A DNA stretch of 64,000 nt from Terriglobia bacterium (lineage in GTDB: Bacteria > Acidobacteriota > Terriglobia > 20CM-2-55-15): assembly GCA_965218585.1 (NCBI GenBank), contig CBDCLE010000004.1, positions 32,001 through 96,000 on the forward strand, written 5' to 3'. The notes under the pieces were generated by a model. The model was not told where the DNA came from, made no database searches, and worked only from the letters and a program-made list of their open reading frames with translations. Below are positions 29,638-39,436 of the stretch, piece by piece. The position numbers and the translations under genes were made by a program. Each line of letters starts with the position of its first letter. Within the stretch, counting starts at the first letter, position 1.

Positions 29638-31821
29638 ATGGCACAACCTAAGGTTTCAGCTGCTGGAGGATGGGCCGCGGTACGTTATTCCCTCCGCATG
29701 GGCCGCCAGGCCGGCGGCTTTCTCAAGTTATACAGCCGCCTTCGGAAGCGGAACGTCTGTAAAACGTGCGCCCTTGGGATGGGTGGACAGAACGGTGGAA
29801 TGGTCAATGAAGCCGGCCACTTTCCCGAAGTCTGCAAAAAATCCCTGCAGGCCCAGGCGGGAGACATGCAGGCGCCGATCAGCGTCGGGCAACTCGAGGG
29901 GCATCCCCTGTCACGGCTCGAGACGTTCACGTCGCTGGAACTCGAGCGCATGGGGCGCATCGGGTTCCCGATGATCACCCGGGAGGGCGACACCCATTTC
30001 AGTCGTATCGGCTGGGACGACGCACTCGACATGGCCGGGTCCGCGTTTCGAGAAGCGTCGCCTGAGGAAGTCTTTTTCTACTCCTCGGGCCGATCGAGTA
30101 ACGAAGCCGCCTTTCTCATGCAGTTAGTTGCCCGTGCCTATGGGACGGGAAACATCAACAACTGTTCCTGCTATTGCCATAACGCGTCGGGCGCCGCCCT
30201 CGCCGGTGTATATGGATCCGGAACTGCGTCAGTGGTTCTTGAAGATCTGGAACGCGCTGACCTCGTAGTGATCGCGGGGGCGAATCCTCCAAGCAATCAT
30301 CCTCGGCTGATGACGCAACTTGTCAATCTGAAGCGGCGAGGCGGCAAGGTGATCGTCGTCAACCCTCTGCGCGAGCTCGGTCTCGTGCGATTCCGTGTGC
30401 CTTCGGACTGGCGAAGCATGCTCTTCGGATCCGCGATCTCGGACCTGTACCTGCAGCCGCACGTGGGCTCCGACGTCGCACTGTTCAAGGCTTTCTTGAA
30501 GGGAGTGATCGAGAAGGGCGGTTTGGAAAACGAATACGTCCAACGCTACACGGAAGGATGGGCCGAAGTCCGTCAAGATATCGAGGCGACATCCTGGGAG
30601 GACCTGTGTCGTGTCAGTGGTGTGTCGAGAGAGGAAATAGCGTCCGCTACTGAACTGCTGGTTCGGGCCCGACGCGGTATTTTTTGCTGGGCGATGGGGT
30701 TGACGCATCATAGCAACGGTGTCGACAACGTTCTCGGACTGGCTAACCTGGCACTGGCGCGGGGCTGGTTGGGCCAGTCCGGTAGCGGTCTCTTGCCGAT
30801 CCGGGGGCATTCGAATGTTCAAGGTGTCGGATCGGTCGGTGTTGCACCCGCTTTGAAGAAGGGGTTTGCCGAAAAGCTCGAGAAGCTTTATCACCTTGGG
30901 CCGATTCCCGCGCCCGGGATGGATACATTCCGTTCGATCGAGGCGGCGGCAAGAGGGGAGATTCGCTCTGCTTTTCTGCTGGGAGGCAACCTGTTCGCCA
31001 GCAATCCGGATCGAAGTTGGGCGGCTCGAGCCCTCGCCAAGGTCGGAACGACAGTGCATGTTTCCACGAAGCTGAACGAAGGCCACGTCCATGGTCGTTC
31101 CCGGACGGTTCTAATTCTGCCGGCTCTGGCGCGCGATGAAGAAGCCCAGGCGACCACCCAGGAGTCTATGTTCAACCTTGTTCGGCTTTCTGAAGGCGGT
31201 AGCCTGGCGCTTTCGCCGGAAATGCGTTCGGAAGTGGAGATCATTGCTTCCCTGGCCGAGCGAATCCTGCCCCCGGACCGGTTCGATTGGTCCGCGTTGC
31301 GTTCGCATCGGCAACTACGTCACGCGATATCCCAGACTGTGCCGGGCTATGACGCGATCAGACGGATCGACGAACCCAACGGAGGGGAGTTTCAGATCGG
31401 TGGGCGAACGTTTCACCAGCCGACCTTTGAGACCTCGGGGGGGAAGGCAACGTTTCACGTCACTCGATTGCCGGACCTTGAGATGAAAGGTGACGAATTC
31501 CGGATGATGACCTTGCGTTCGGAAGGGCAGTTCAACACGGTTGTTTACGAGGAAGAAGATCTCTACCGGGGTAATACCCGGCGTGACGTCGTCATGCTGG
31601 CCGCTGCTGATGCACGGCGGCTTGGAGTGAGGGAAGGCAACCGCGTGCGGGTGATCACCGAAGCAGGGGATCTGGAAGTCACAGTGGCGATTGTTGATAT
31701 CCGGCCGGGTAACCTGGCCATGTACTATCCTGAAGCGAACACGCTTGTACCCAAACGGATCGATGCCCGTTCAGGCACCCCCGCCTTCAAATCGGTTGTC
31801 GCAAGAATCGAAGTTTCCTGA
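29638..31821 (+). CDS. FdhF/YdeP-family molybdopterin oxidoreductase
   Basis: CKTCALGMGG, YSSGRSSNE, NNCSCYCH, PIRGHSNVQG, TLRSEGQFNT, YYPEAN, TPAFKS. Confidence 0.92.
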   Translation: MAQPKVSAAGGWAAVRYSLRMGRQAGGFLKLYSRLRKRNVCKTCALGMGGQNGGMVNEAGHFPEVCKKSLQAQAGDMQAPISVGQLEGHPLSRLETFTSLELERMGRIGFPMITREGDTHFSRIGWDDALDMAGSAFREASPEEVFFYSSGRSSNEAAFLMQLVARAYGTGNINNCSCYCHNASGAALAGVYGSGTASVVLEDLERADLVVIAGANPPSNHPRLMTQLVNLKRRGGKVIVVNPLRELGLVRFRVPSDWRSMLFGSAISDLYLQPHVGSDVALFKAFLKGVIEKGGLENEYVQRYTEGWAEVRQDIEATSWEDLCRVSGVSREEIASATELLVRARRGIFCWAMGLTHHSNGVDNVLGLANLALARGWLGQSGSGLLPIRGHSNVQGVGSVGVAPALKKGFAEKLEKLYHLGPIPAPGMDTFRSIEAAARGEIRSAFLLGGNLFASNPDRSWAARALAKVGTTVHVSTKLNEGHVHGRSRTVLILPALARDEEAQATTQESMFNLVRLSEGGSLALSPEMRSEVEIIASLAERILPPDRFDWSALRSHRQLRHAISQTVPGYDAIRRIDEPNGGEFQIGGRTFHQPTFETSGGKATFHVTRLPDLEMKGDEFRMMTLRSEGQFNTVVYEEEDLYRGNTRRDVVMLAAADARRLGVREGNRVRVITEAGDLEVTVAIVDIRPGNLAMYYPEANTLVPKRIDARSGTPAFKSVVARIEVS

Positions 31822-31914
31822 ACTGGTACCGCATGTCCGCTTCGTTCCGCCTACGAAACCACTTTCGCGGCCATGGGGTCTGGACGTTGAGCGTTGAATG
31901 GACTAATAAACCAT

Positions 31915-32245
31915 TCAATCCTGACTGCTCTCTCGGTGGATATCGGGGGTAATGTGCCACTCCAGATTGTTTGGCGGCGTCACTGTAAGCTCTTCCGGCC
32001 TAGGCAGGGCCCTTAGTTGTGGGGTGAAATCGTACGGAATCACTGCTGGGCGAGTAGTGCCTCCTCTGTTGACATATTCCCATACTATCTCGCCGTCAGG
32101 TTTAACCTGAAAGAGCCAGCCCGTGTTGTCTTCGGCTATGTATTGCCGTTAGGAAGCCGCTTCTGGGTTCCCATGCTCTTGCTGAAGAACTTTATGTTCG
32201 CATAACCCTCTGTTTCATATATCCAGACTATCTCCTGAGTTGTCG
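31915..32245 (-). pseudogene. Arylsulfotransferase (ASST)-like C-terminal remnant with frameshift
   Basis: DPTTQEIVWIY...FFS..MG.QKRLPNGNT then, in another frame, EDNTGWLFQVKPDGEIVWEYVN. Confidence 0.7.
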
Positions 32246-32838
32246 GATCCCGAACCATGGGTCCGGTTCCGTAGTCGACCTGGGCTTCTTCTCCAGGGTC
32301 GGTTTGGATGATGCCGACCGCTACGGGAGACCGCACGCCCCGGAGTTTGCGAACGAACCGCTTGACCGCTTCGTAGCTGCTGGCAAAGCCATGATCCGTA
32401 ACCAGGTCCTGCCAGATCGCCATCGCGTTGCGGCCACGCTCCAGCGCCTGTTCGATCGTCTCCCGGTACGGCTCGCAGGAACTGCTCGACGGTGGGCTCG
32501 ACGACTCTGCCGGACCGGATTCTCGGCCTCCGAGTCGGTGGTCACTTCGTTGGCCGGTTTTGCCGGTCGCCGGCCCCAGCTACCGGGCGGCCGTACGGGG
32601 ATTCCGGCCGCTCTCAGATACCCACTGGCCGTCTCACGGCGAACGCCAGTGGTCTGTTCAATCCGACGCAGCGGCCATCCAAGCCGCCCCAATGCAACAA
32701 CTTGTTCTCTCTTTTCTGTGCTCAAGACATTGCTCATGCCGACGGAGATTACTCCGCCTGCTGTCAATGTCCCGGGCCTCTATCGTTGGCCGGTTTTCAG
32801 GTGACCACCATTGGCCGGTTTTGGGTGACCGCCGAGGG
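32245..32838 (-). mobile_element. istA: IS21-family left end with truncated, frameshifted istA
   Basis: Two tandem ~24-bp terminal repeats TTGGCCGGTTTT..GGTGACC (32786-32834); MSNVL...HTH; SSYEAVKRFV; PGEEAQVDYG. Confidence 0.85.
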
Positions 32839-34064
32839 TGATAGCGATAGCGTGGATTCCCTTAGCCGCCCGAAACAATCGCTTTGGCGGTATCTATGTA
32901 GATCTGGACGCACGGCGATTTTCTGAAGCGGAGATGGAATTCCTGACGAGTATCGGGATTATCGCATCTCATGTCCTAGCAGCGATTCTGTGGGCATCGG
33001 TGAAACCCGAAACAAGCGATAAGAACCTGGAAATAGAAAATATAGTCGGACGGTCCAGGAAGATCCGAGAAGTTTATTCCCAAATCGATGTCGCGGCTAA
33101 GGGCAACGCTACAGTTCTCATCGAGGGAGAAAGTGGTACGGGAAAGGAACTTGTAGCCCAGGCGATTCACGAAAACAGCGACCGTGCCAAAGCACCTCTA
33201 ATTACCGTAGATTGCGGCGCCATTCCCGATACTCTCATTGAAAGCGAACTCTTCGGCAGTCGAAAAGGCTCGTTCACTGGCGCCACGAGTGACCGAGCGG
33301 GCCTCATCGAGGCTGCGCACAAAGGTACCCTTTTTCTGGACGAGATATCGAACACGAGCCCAAGCCTTCAAATCCGTCTGTTGCGAGTGCTCCAGGAAAA
33401 AGAAGTCCGCAGGATAGGAGACGCAAAGAATCGATCAGTCGACGTACGATTGATCGCAGCGACTAATTCAAACCTAGAATCGCTAGTAGAGAAAGGCCAG
33501 TTTCGTCAGGACCTCTTCTACCGTTTGAACGTCCTCCATATCACCATACCGCCTCTTCGGAAACGCAAGGAAGACATCCCGGATATCGCACGCTCGTTTC
33601 TGAAGCGGTTGAACACAACCAACAAGACACGAAAACGATTTAGTACAGTTGCGCTCGAACAACTTACGACGGGAAACTACCGGGGAAATGTCCGCGAGCT
33701 TCAGAATATGGTTGAACGCGCCTACTTCCTAGCTGCCGATAGCAATACGATCAAGGAGGTAGCCGTGAATTCTGCGGCCGCAGGGCAGGACTCGGACGAA
33801 GTCGATTCCTGGTTCAAAGACCTACAGGCAGGACGTACTGATTTCTGGTCCGCCATTCACGGTCGCTACAAGAAACGCGACATCTCGCGACAAAAGGTGG
33901 TAGCCCTGATGCACCTCGGACTCCGAGAAACCCATGGCACGTACAAGGCTGTCGCAAGGCTATTTCGTGTAAAGGACAAGGAATACCGGCGCTTTATGGA
34001 TTTTCTCAGGCGAAACGACTGTTTGCCGGACTTCAGACCATACCGACGATTGCGTCTGGAATAG
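32838..34064 (+). CDS. Sigma-54-dependent activator (AAA+), N-terminal/GAF part truncated by IS21
   Basis: [46 protein letters not shown]; begins in a GAF tail exactly at the IS end. Confidence 0.85.
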   Translation: MIAIAWIPLAARNNRFGGIYVDLDARRFSEAEMEFLTSIGIIASHVLAAILWASVKPETSDKNLEIENIVGRSRKIREVYSQIDVAAKGNATVLIEGESGTGKELVAQAIHENSDRAKAPLITVDCGAIPDTLIESELFGSRKGSFTGATSDRAGLIEAAHKGTLFLDEISNTSPSLQIRLLRVLQEKEVRRIGDAKNRSVDVRLIAATNSNLESLVEKGQFRQDLFYRLNVLHITIPPLRKRKEDIPDIARSFLKRLNTTNKTRKRFSTVALEQLTTGNYRGNVRELQNMVERAYFLAADSNTIKEVAVNSAAAGQDSDEVDSWFKDLQAGRTDFWSAIHGRYKKRDISRQKVVALMHLGLRETHGTYKAVARLFRVKDKEYRRFMDFLRRNDCLPDFRPYRRLRLE

Positions 34065-34292
34065 CCCATTCCTCACCCGTCGTTCCGATCATCGACGAGC
34101 AGGACCGAATGTGTTTCAGGAAACAGGTCTTGAAGGGTCGGCAATCACTGTAGACCGGAAGGCGGTAGTTGTAGGTTCATTAAAGGAGAGGCATCGAGAG
34201 ACCAGTTCAGCAAAGACAAGGCCTCTGCCGGATTGGCAACGATTCTGAACTGCCCAAACAGCTACAATTACCCCACATGCTACTATCCTCCC

Positions 34293-34961
34293 ATGCCGCC
34301 CCTGGTCCGAATCTCCTCTGTCCGCAAGGTCTACGACGCTGACGGGAAGCCTGTTGCGGCGCTCAAAGGCGTGTCCCTATCAGTTGATCCTGGTGAATTT
34401 CTGGCCCTGATGGGCCCGAGCGGCTGCGGGAAATCGACCCTCCTCCACATCATCGGCGCCATGGACCGGCCCACGGAAGGTGAGGCCTGGATCGAAGACG
34501 CGCCGATTCACCAACTGCCTGAAGAAGATCTGACTTTAGTCCGCAGGAACAGGGTCGGTTTCGTCTTTCAGTTCTTTCATCTCCTTCCCACGCTGACAGT
34601 CGAAGAAAACGTCTCACTGCCTTTGTTGCTGACCAATGGACACAACGTGGATCATGCCCATGTCAGATCTATTCTGGAAACCGTCGGCTTGGAAGATCAG
34701 CTCGGCGCTCGCCCCAGCCAGCTTTCCGGAGGGGAACTACAGCGGACCGCCCTCGCGCGCGCAATCGTCCACAACCCGGCGCTGGTCGTAGCCGACGAAC
34801 CGACAGGGAACCTCGATTCCGAAAATGGGCAGATTGTCCTGGAGCTCCTCACCGGTTTGGCCAGGCGGGGGACGACCGTCGTCATGGCCACACATAGCAC
34901 CACCGCTGCGGGGTATGCGGCTCGCACGGTCCGCCTAAAAGACGGTCAACTGCAGGAATAG
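34293..34961 (+). CDS. ABC transporter ATP-binding protein (LolD/MacB-like)
   Basis: [22 protein letters not shown]. Confidence 0.93.
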   Translation: MPPLVRISSVRKVYDADGKPVAALKGVSLSVDPGEFLALMGPSGCGKSTLLHIIGAMDRPTEGEAWIEDAPIHQLPEEDLTLVRRNRVGFVFQFFHLLPTLTVEENVSLPLLLTNGHNVDHAHVRSILETVGLEDQLGARPSQLSGGELQRTALARAIVHNPALVVADEPTGNLDSENGQIVLELLTGLARRGTTVVMATHSTTAAGYAARTVRLKDGQLQE

Positions 34962-34964
34962 GCC

Positions 34965-37565
34965 ATGGTTTCCTTCATCCGCCTTTTTCACTGCGTCATC
35001 ATCAAAGATACCCTCGCAAACAGGCTCCGCACATTGCTCACGCTGACCGGCGTGGCGCTCGGAATTGCCGTCGTCGTGGGCGTTCATCTGGCGAACGAAC
35101 GCGCCATCGATTCGTTCAACGACAGCCTCGGGATCCTGAACGGGAGGGCCGACCTGCAGATTGAGGCCAACGGTCTGGATCTGGACGAAACGCTGGTGGG
35201 CGACCTCTCCTGGGTATGGGACATAGGCGTCATGGCCGCGATTGTCGAAGGCCGGATGGAGCTGGACATCCAGGGCATCCAACCGGACCGCGATCGTTTC
35301 GATGGGCCCTCGGTCCGGCTATTCGGTATCGATCTTCTTTCGGACGCACCGTTCAGGACATACCAGACGGAAGGAGATCAAGGCGAACTGGGTTTGGACA
35401 CGACTCGGGAGAACTTCATCGATCTCCTCGTCGAACCCAACGCGGTGATCCTGCCCACGGCGCTGGCCGACCAACTGGGTGTCGGTGTAGACGATACCGT
35501 CCCGTTTCTTGTCTCGAACCGGGTCGAAGACTTTGTAGTTAAGGCCATCCTGACGGATAGCGGAATCGCGCGCGCTTTCGACGGACGGATCGTCTTCATG
35601 GACATCGCCGCCGCCCAAGTAACATTGGGCCGAATGGGCAGGATTGACCGGTTAGAGGTCCTGCTGGATGACCCCTTGATGGCGGACACCGTGGCCGAGC
35701 GGATCCGCGTACAGCTTCCCGAATCGGTGGTCGTTTACCGGCCCGAGGATACCGAAGCGGAAACCGAACGGATGACCCGGGCCTTCCGCTACAACCTGCG
35801 GGCCCTGAGCTATATCGCCCTCATCGTTGGCATGATCCTCATATACAACACGCTGAACATCGCTGTTGTCCGGCGCCGCGGTGAGATTGGAGCGCTCAGG
35901 ACGCTGGGAACGTCGCGGGCAACCATCAAGTGGATGTTCCTGATCGAGGCAACCTTGTTCGGCGTGGTGGGTGCAGCCATGGGAATCGGGCTCGGAGAGC
36001 TCCTGGCGCGGATCTCCGGTGCGCTCGTCTCCCAGACCATATCCTTGCTCTACACAGGAACGCCCGCGGCTGGAGCATCGAGTGGCGTGGACTGGGTCTT
36101 CTATGTCGAAATCCTCGTCCTCGGTGGAATTCTGGCGGCGGCTTCGGGGGCCGGGCCTGCGCTGCGGGCAACAACCATCTCTCCAGTCGAAACCTTGCGC
36201 GCGCGCGGTTCGGGGAAAATGCCACGGTCTCTGACGATCGGAGGCATAGCGGCCATCGTGGCCGGAGTCGGATTGAGCTTTGCGCCGGCCATAGAAGGTT
36301 TTCCGTTTCTCGGTTACGTTTCGGGAGTTTCCTTTATCGCCGGTTTTGGTCTGCTTTCGCCCGTGCTGGCTATGGCATTGATCGCTTTGGGGCGCGGTGT
36401 CGTTACGCGCGTCTTTCCCGGTGAAGGGCGCCTGGCTATACAAACGATAGAAGCGAGCCTCGGACGGGTTGTCGTAGCCGTGATGTCCCTGGCGATTGCC
36501 GTGGCGATGCTCTCAAGCGTGGCGATCATGGTCGCCAGCTTCCGGGACACGATCGTCGTCTGGGTAGATCAGACACTGGAAGGGGACCTCTACCTGAGCC
36601 CGGCCGCGCCAGGTGGGAGCAACGCTCTGGAAGATGAGACGCTCGAGCTATTGTCGGCGGTTCCGGGAATTGCCGCCATCGATCGCTTCCGCGCGATCAG
36701 TATCGACTACGAGGGATTCCCTGCCGTTGTCGGGGCGAGCGAGTTCCAGACCCTGGCCGCTTACAGTCGCCTGCTCTTTGTGGACGGCCGGGCGACATCG
36801 GACGTCGCCCCCCGACTGATCGGGGAGGAGCGTGTGGTGGTGTCCGAACCTTTCGCCCTGCGGCACGATGTCGGTGCCGGGGACACGATCGAACTGCCTA
36901 CGCCCTCCGGGATGGCATCGTTCGAGGTGGAATCGGTCTTCTATGACTATTCGTCGGAAGGCGGTCTTGTGATGATGGATCGGAGTACGTATGTCGCCAG
37001 TTTCACCGATTCGGCAGTCAGCAACGTCGCGGTTTATCTCGATCCGGGCTCCGATTCTGACGTGGTGCGCGCCGATATCGCAGGTCGATTACCCGGTGTC
37101 GAACTTCGGATCGCAACGAATCGGGAACTCCGCACCCTGGTGCTTCGCGTGTTCGACCAGACGTTCCAGATCACGTATGCACTCGAGTTGATAGCACTGG
37201 CGGTGGCCATGCTGGGTATCGCCAACACTCTGGCGGCATTGATCATCGAAAGACGCCCGGAACTTGCTATGTTGCGTTTCATAGGAGCGGCGCGCTCTCA
37301 GATTCGTCGCATTATCGTTATCGAATCAGGGTTGATCGGCGTTCTCGGTGCGACGATCGGTCTGGGTCTGGGCATCGTGCTTTCGCTGCTTCTGGTCAAC
37401 GTCATCAACTTCCAATCCTTCGGCTGGACAATCCAGTTCACGATACCCGTCGGTTTCCTCGCACAGTCGATGGTGGTGGTCCTGCTGGCGACGATTGCTG
37501 CCGGGCTCTACCCTGCGTCTCTGGCTCTACAGATGGATCCGATCGAAGGAATACGCGCAGAGTGA
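34965..37565 (+). CDS. ABC permease with tandem MacB-PCD/FtsX domains
   Basis: RTLLTLTGVALG, RRGEIGALRTLG, RRPELAMLRFIG, NFQSFGWTI. Confidence 0.9.
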   Translation: MVSFIRLFHCVIIKDTLANRLRTLLTLTGVALGIAVVVGVHLANERAIDSFNDSLGILNGRADLQIEANGLDLDETLVGDLSWVWDIGVMAAIVEGRMELDIQGIQPDRDRFDGPSVRLFGIDLLSDAPFRTYQTEGDQGELGLDTTRENFIDLLVEPNAVILPTALADQLGVGVDDTVPFLVSNRVEDFVVKAILTDSGIARAFDGRIVFMDIAAAQVTLGRMGRIDRLEVLLDDPLMADTVAERIRVQLPESVVVYRPEDTEAETERMTRAFRYNLRALSYIALIVGMILIYNTLNIAVVRRRGEIGALRTLGTSRATIKWMFLIEATLFGVVGAAMGIGLGELLARISGALVSQTISLLYTGTPAAGASSGVDWVFYVEILVLGGILAAASGAGPALRATTISPVETLRARGSGKMPRSLTIGGIAAIVAGVGLSFAPAIEGFPFLGYVSGVSFIAGFGLLSPVLAMALIALGRGVVTRVFPGEGRLAIQTIEASLGRVVVAVMSLAIAVAMLSSVAIMVASFRDTIVVWVDQTLEGDLYLSPAAPGGSNALEDETLELLSAVPGIAAIDRFRAISIDYEGFPAVVGASEFQTLAAYSRLLFVDGRATSDVAPRLIGEERVVVSEPFALRHDVGAGDTIELPTPSGMASFEVESVFYDYSSEGGLVMMDRSTYVASFTDSAVSNVAVYLDPGSDSDVVRADIAGRLPGVELRIATNRELRTLVLRVFDQTFQITYALELIALAVAMLGIANTLAALIIERRPELAMLRFIGAARSQIRRIIVIESGLIGVLGATIGLGLGIVLSLLLVNVINFQSFGWTIQFTIPVGFLAQSMVVVLLATIAAGLYPASLALQMDPIEGIRAE

Positions 37566-38695
37566 TGGCATATATGCACAGAAGGAAGATTGTTCTGGTC
37601 GCGCTGGCGATTTTCTTGGCGGCACGGGCCGTTGCGCAGGCGCCAATACCCGTGGAAGTCTTCGAACCCGAGTATCGACTCGCGGTTCCCGGCTATCAGT
37701 ACGAGTTTCCGCGCGATCACGGGGCACATCCGGATTACAAATTGGAATGGTGGTACTACACCGGGCAACTGGACGCGGAAGACGGCCGAAGCTTCGGTTA
37801 CGAACTGGCATTCTTCCGGATCGGCATGGACCGACGAGCCCTCAGCCCTTCGGCATGGGCGATCGATGATCTGCACGTAGCGCACTTTGCCATCAGCCGG
37901 TTGTCGGACGATGGTTTCCAGTTCTGGGAACGTGTGAACCGGGCCGGGCCGGGGATCGCTCACGCCGGCGTGGACACGCTGGACGTCAAAAACGAAAGCT
38001 GGACGGCAGTCCTCGAAGAAGACGTCATGAAACTGCGTGCGTTTGCCGACGGCGTTCTGCTGGAGCTGGAATTGCGATCGGACAAACCACCTGTTGTACA
38101 TGGACCCAATGGAGTGAGTCAGAAGGCGGACGGCGTGGGACAGGCGTCGCATTACTATTCAATGACACGCATGCAGACTGAAGGGTTGCTCTCGATCGAG
38201 AGCGTTCCACTTCGCGTGTCCGGAACTAGCTGGATGGACCACGAATTTGGAACCAACCAGCTGGCCCCCGATCAGGTGGGTTGGGATTGGTTCAGCCTGC
38301 AGTTAGACAACGGCGAAGAACTCATGCTCTACCAGTTGCGATTTGCCGACGGTCGGATCGATCCGAACTCGAGCGGGACTGTCATATCGGTCGATGGCGA
38401 ACCTACACACGTCGAACTTAACGAGTTCACCATCCAGTCCCTGCGCGAGTGGGCCAGCCCCACCAGCGAAGCTGTGTACCGGCTGGATTGGGAACTGGCA
38501 TTGCCGGACCAGGACACGGTGTTGCGCGTCATTCCGTTGATGGACAACCAGGAACTCTATACGGTCCGATCGACCGGTATCGTCTATTGGGAAGGCGCCG
38601 TGCGAGTGGAAGGCATCTGGAAAGGCGAAGCGGTGACCGGGCACGGTTATGTGGAGCTGACCGGTTACTCCGACCGGTATCGGCCCAGCGTATGA
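37562..38695 (+). CDS. AttH/CrtC lipocalin-like secreted protein
   Basis: FPRDHGAHP, EWWYYTG, SHYYS, WMDHEF, GWDWFSLQL, YWEGAV, GYVELTGY. Confidence 0.88.
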   Translation: MMAYMHRRKIVLVALAIFLAARAVAQAPIPVEVFEPEYRLAVPGYQYEFPRDHGAHPDYKLEWWYYTGQLDAEDGRSFGYELAFFRIGMDRRALSPSAWAIDDLHVAHFAISRLSDDGFQFWERVNRAGPGIAHAGVDTLDVKNESWTAVLEEDVMKLRAFADGVLLELELRSDKPPVVHGPNGVSQKADGVGQASHYYSMTRMQTEGLLSIESVPLRVSGTSWMDHEFGTNQLAPDQVGWDWFSLQLDNGEELMLYQLRFADGRIDPNSSGTVISVDGEPTHVELNEFTIQSLREWASPTSEAVYRLDWELALPDQDTVLRVIPLMDNQELYTVRSTGIVYWEGAVRVEGIWKGEAVTGHGYVELTGYSDRYRPSV

Positions 38696-39087
38696 CATCC
38701 TCCGTACTCACGGTAGTCGCCGCTATCATCCGGCGTGACGGACGCCTGCTCCTGACCGAGCGCCCTCGAGGCGTTCACCTGGGAGGACGGTGGGAGTTTC
38801 CCGGTGGCAAATTGGAACCGGGTGAGTCGCTCGAATCAGCTCTCCAGAGAGAGCTCGCCGAAGAACTCGGCATCACAGTCGAAGCGGACCGTCTCTATAT
38901 GGAAACCAGGCATCGATACCCGGAACGCGAAGTCCATTTACACTTTTTCGAATGCCGGATTAAGACCGGAACGCCCGAGGCTCGCAGCGCCACAGCGTTG
39001 GGCTGGTTCCGGCCTGAAGAACTCGGCGGACTGAGTCTACCGGAAGGGAACCGGGAACTCGTGGCAAAGCTGCAAACAGAAGAGTGA
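38692..39087 (+). CDS. mutT: Nudix hydrolase, MutT/NudG-like
   Basis: WEFPGGKLEPGESLESALQRELAEELG; ATGA overlap with previous gene. Confidence 0.8.
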   Translation: MTSSVLTVVAAIIRRDGRLLLTERPRGVHLGGRWEFPGGKLEPGESLESALQRELAEELGITVEADRLYMETRHRYPEREVHLHFFECRIKTGTPEARSATALGWFRPEELGGLSLPEGNRELVAKLQTEE

Positions 39088-39093
39088 AGCTTT

Positions 39094-39366
39094 CTACTGG
39101 CTGACGACCAGGCTCCCGGCGTTGATCCAACCTTCTCTTCCCACGTTGCGACCTTCCAGGGCACGAACGATGACGTTGGTGAATCGGGTCTCGACGATCA
39201 CGACCCGCGTCCTTTCATTGATGACGAAAGCCCGCCCCGCGGCCACAAGCTGATTGAGTCCCGTCTGATCGCCCGAAGTCTCGAGAGCGCTGACTGCGGA
39301 CCACGCATCCTCGTCCACACCCAGAACGGAAGCGATAGTGACGACGGCCTCCTGACCGGCGGTCAT
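39094..39366 (-). CDS. Hypothetical protein with SH3-like C-terminus, possibly 5'-truncated
   Basis: GRAFVINERTRVVIVE...VRALEG...GREGWI; the called ORF further upstream lies in IS110 non-coding sequence. Confidence 0.45.
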   Translation of the reverse strand: MTAGQEAVVTIASVLGVDEDAWSAVSALETSGDQTGLNQLVAAGRAFVINERTRVVIVETRFTNVIVRALEGRNVGREGWINAGSLVVSQ

Positions 39367-39436
39367 ACCACCTAGACCGCGACGATTTGGTCTGGGCGCG
39401 TAAATCACCAGCGCAACAACCTTCCGCTTATACGGG

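Noticed and set aside
29638-31821. Selenocysteine formate dehydrogenase as support for Sec machinery
   Set aside because: The frame is open with Cys (NNCSCYCH) and no in-frame TGA; it is YdeP-type and gives no evidence on Sec use.
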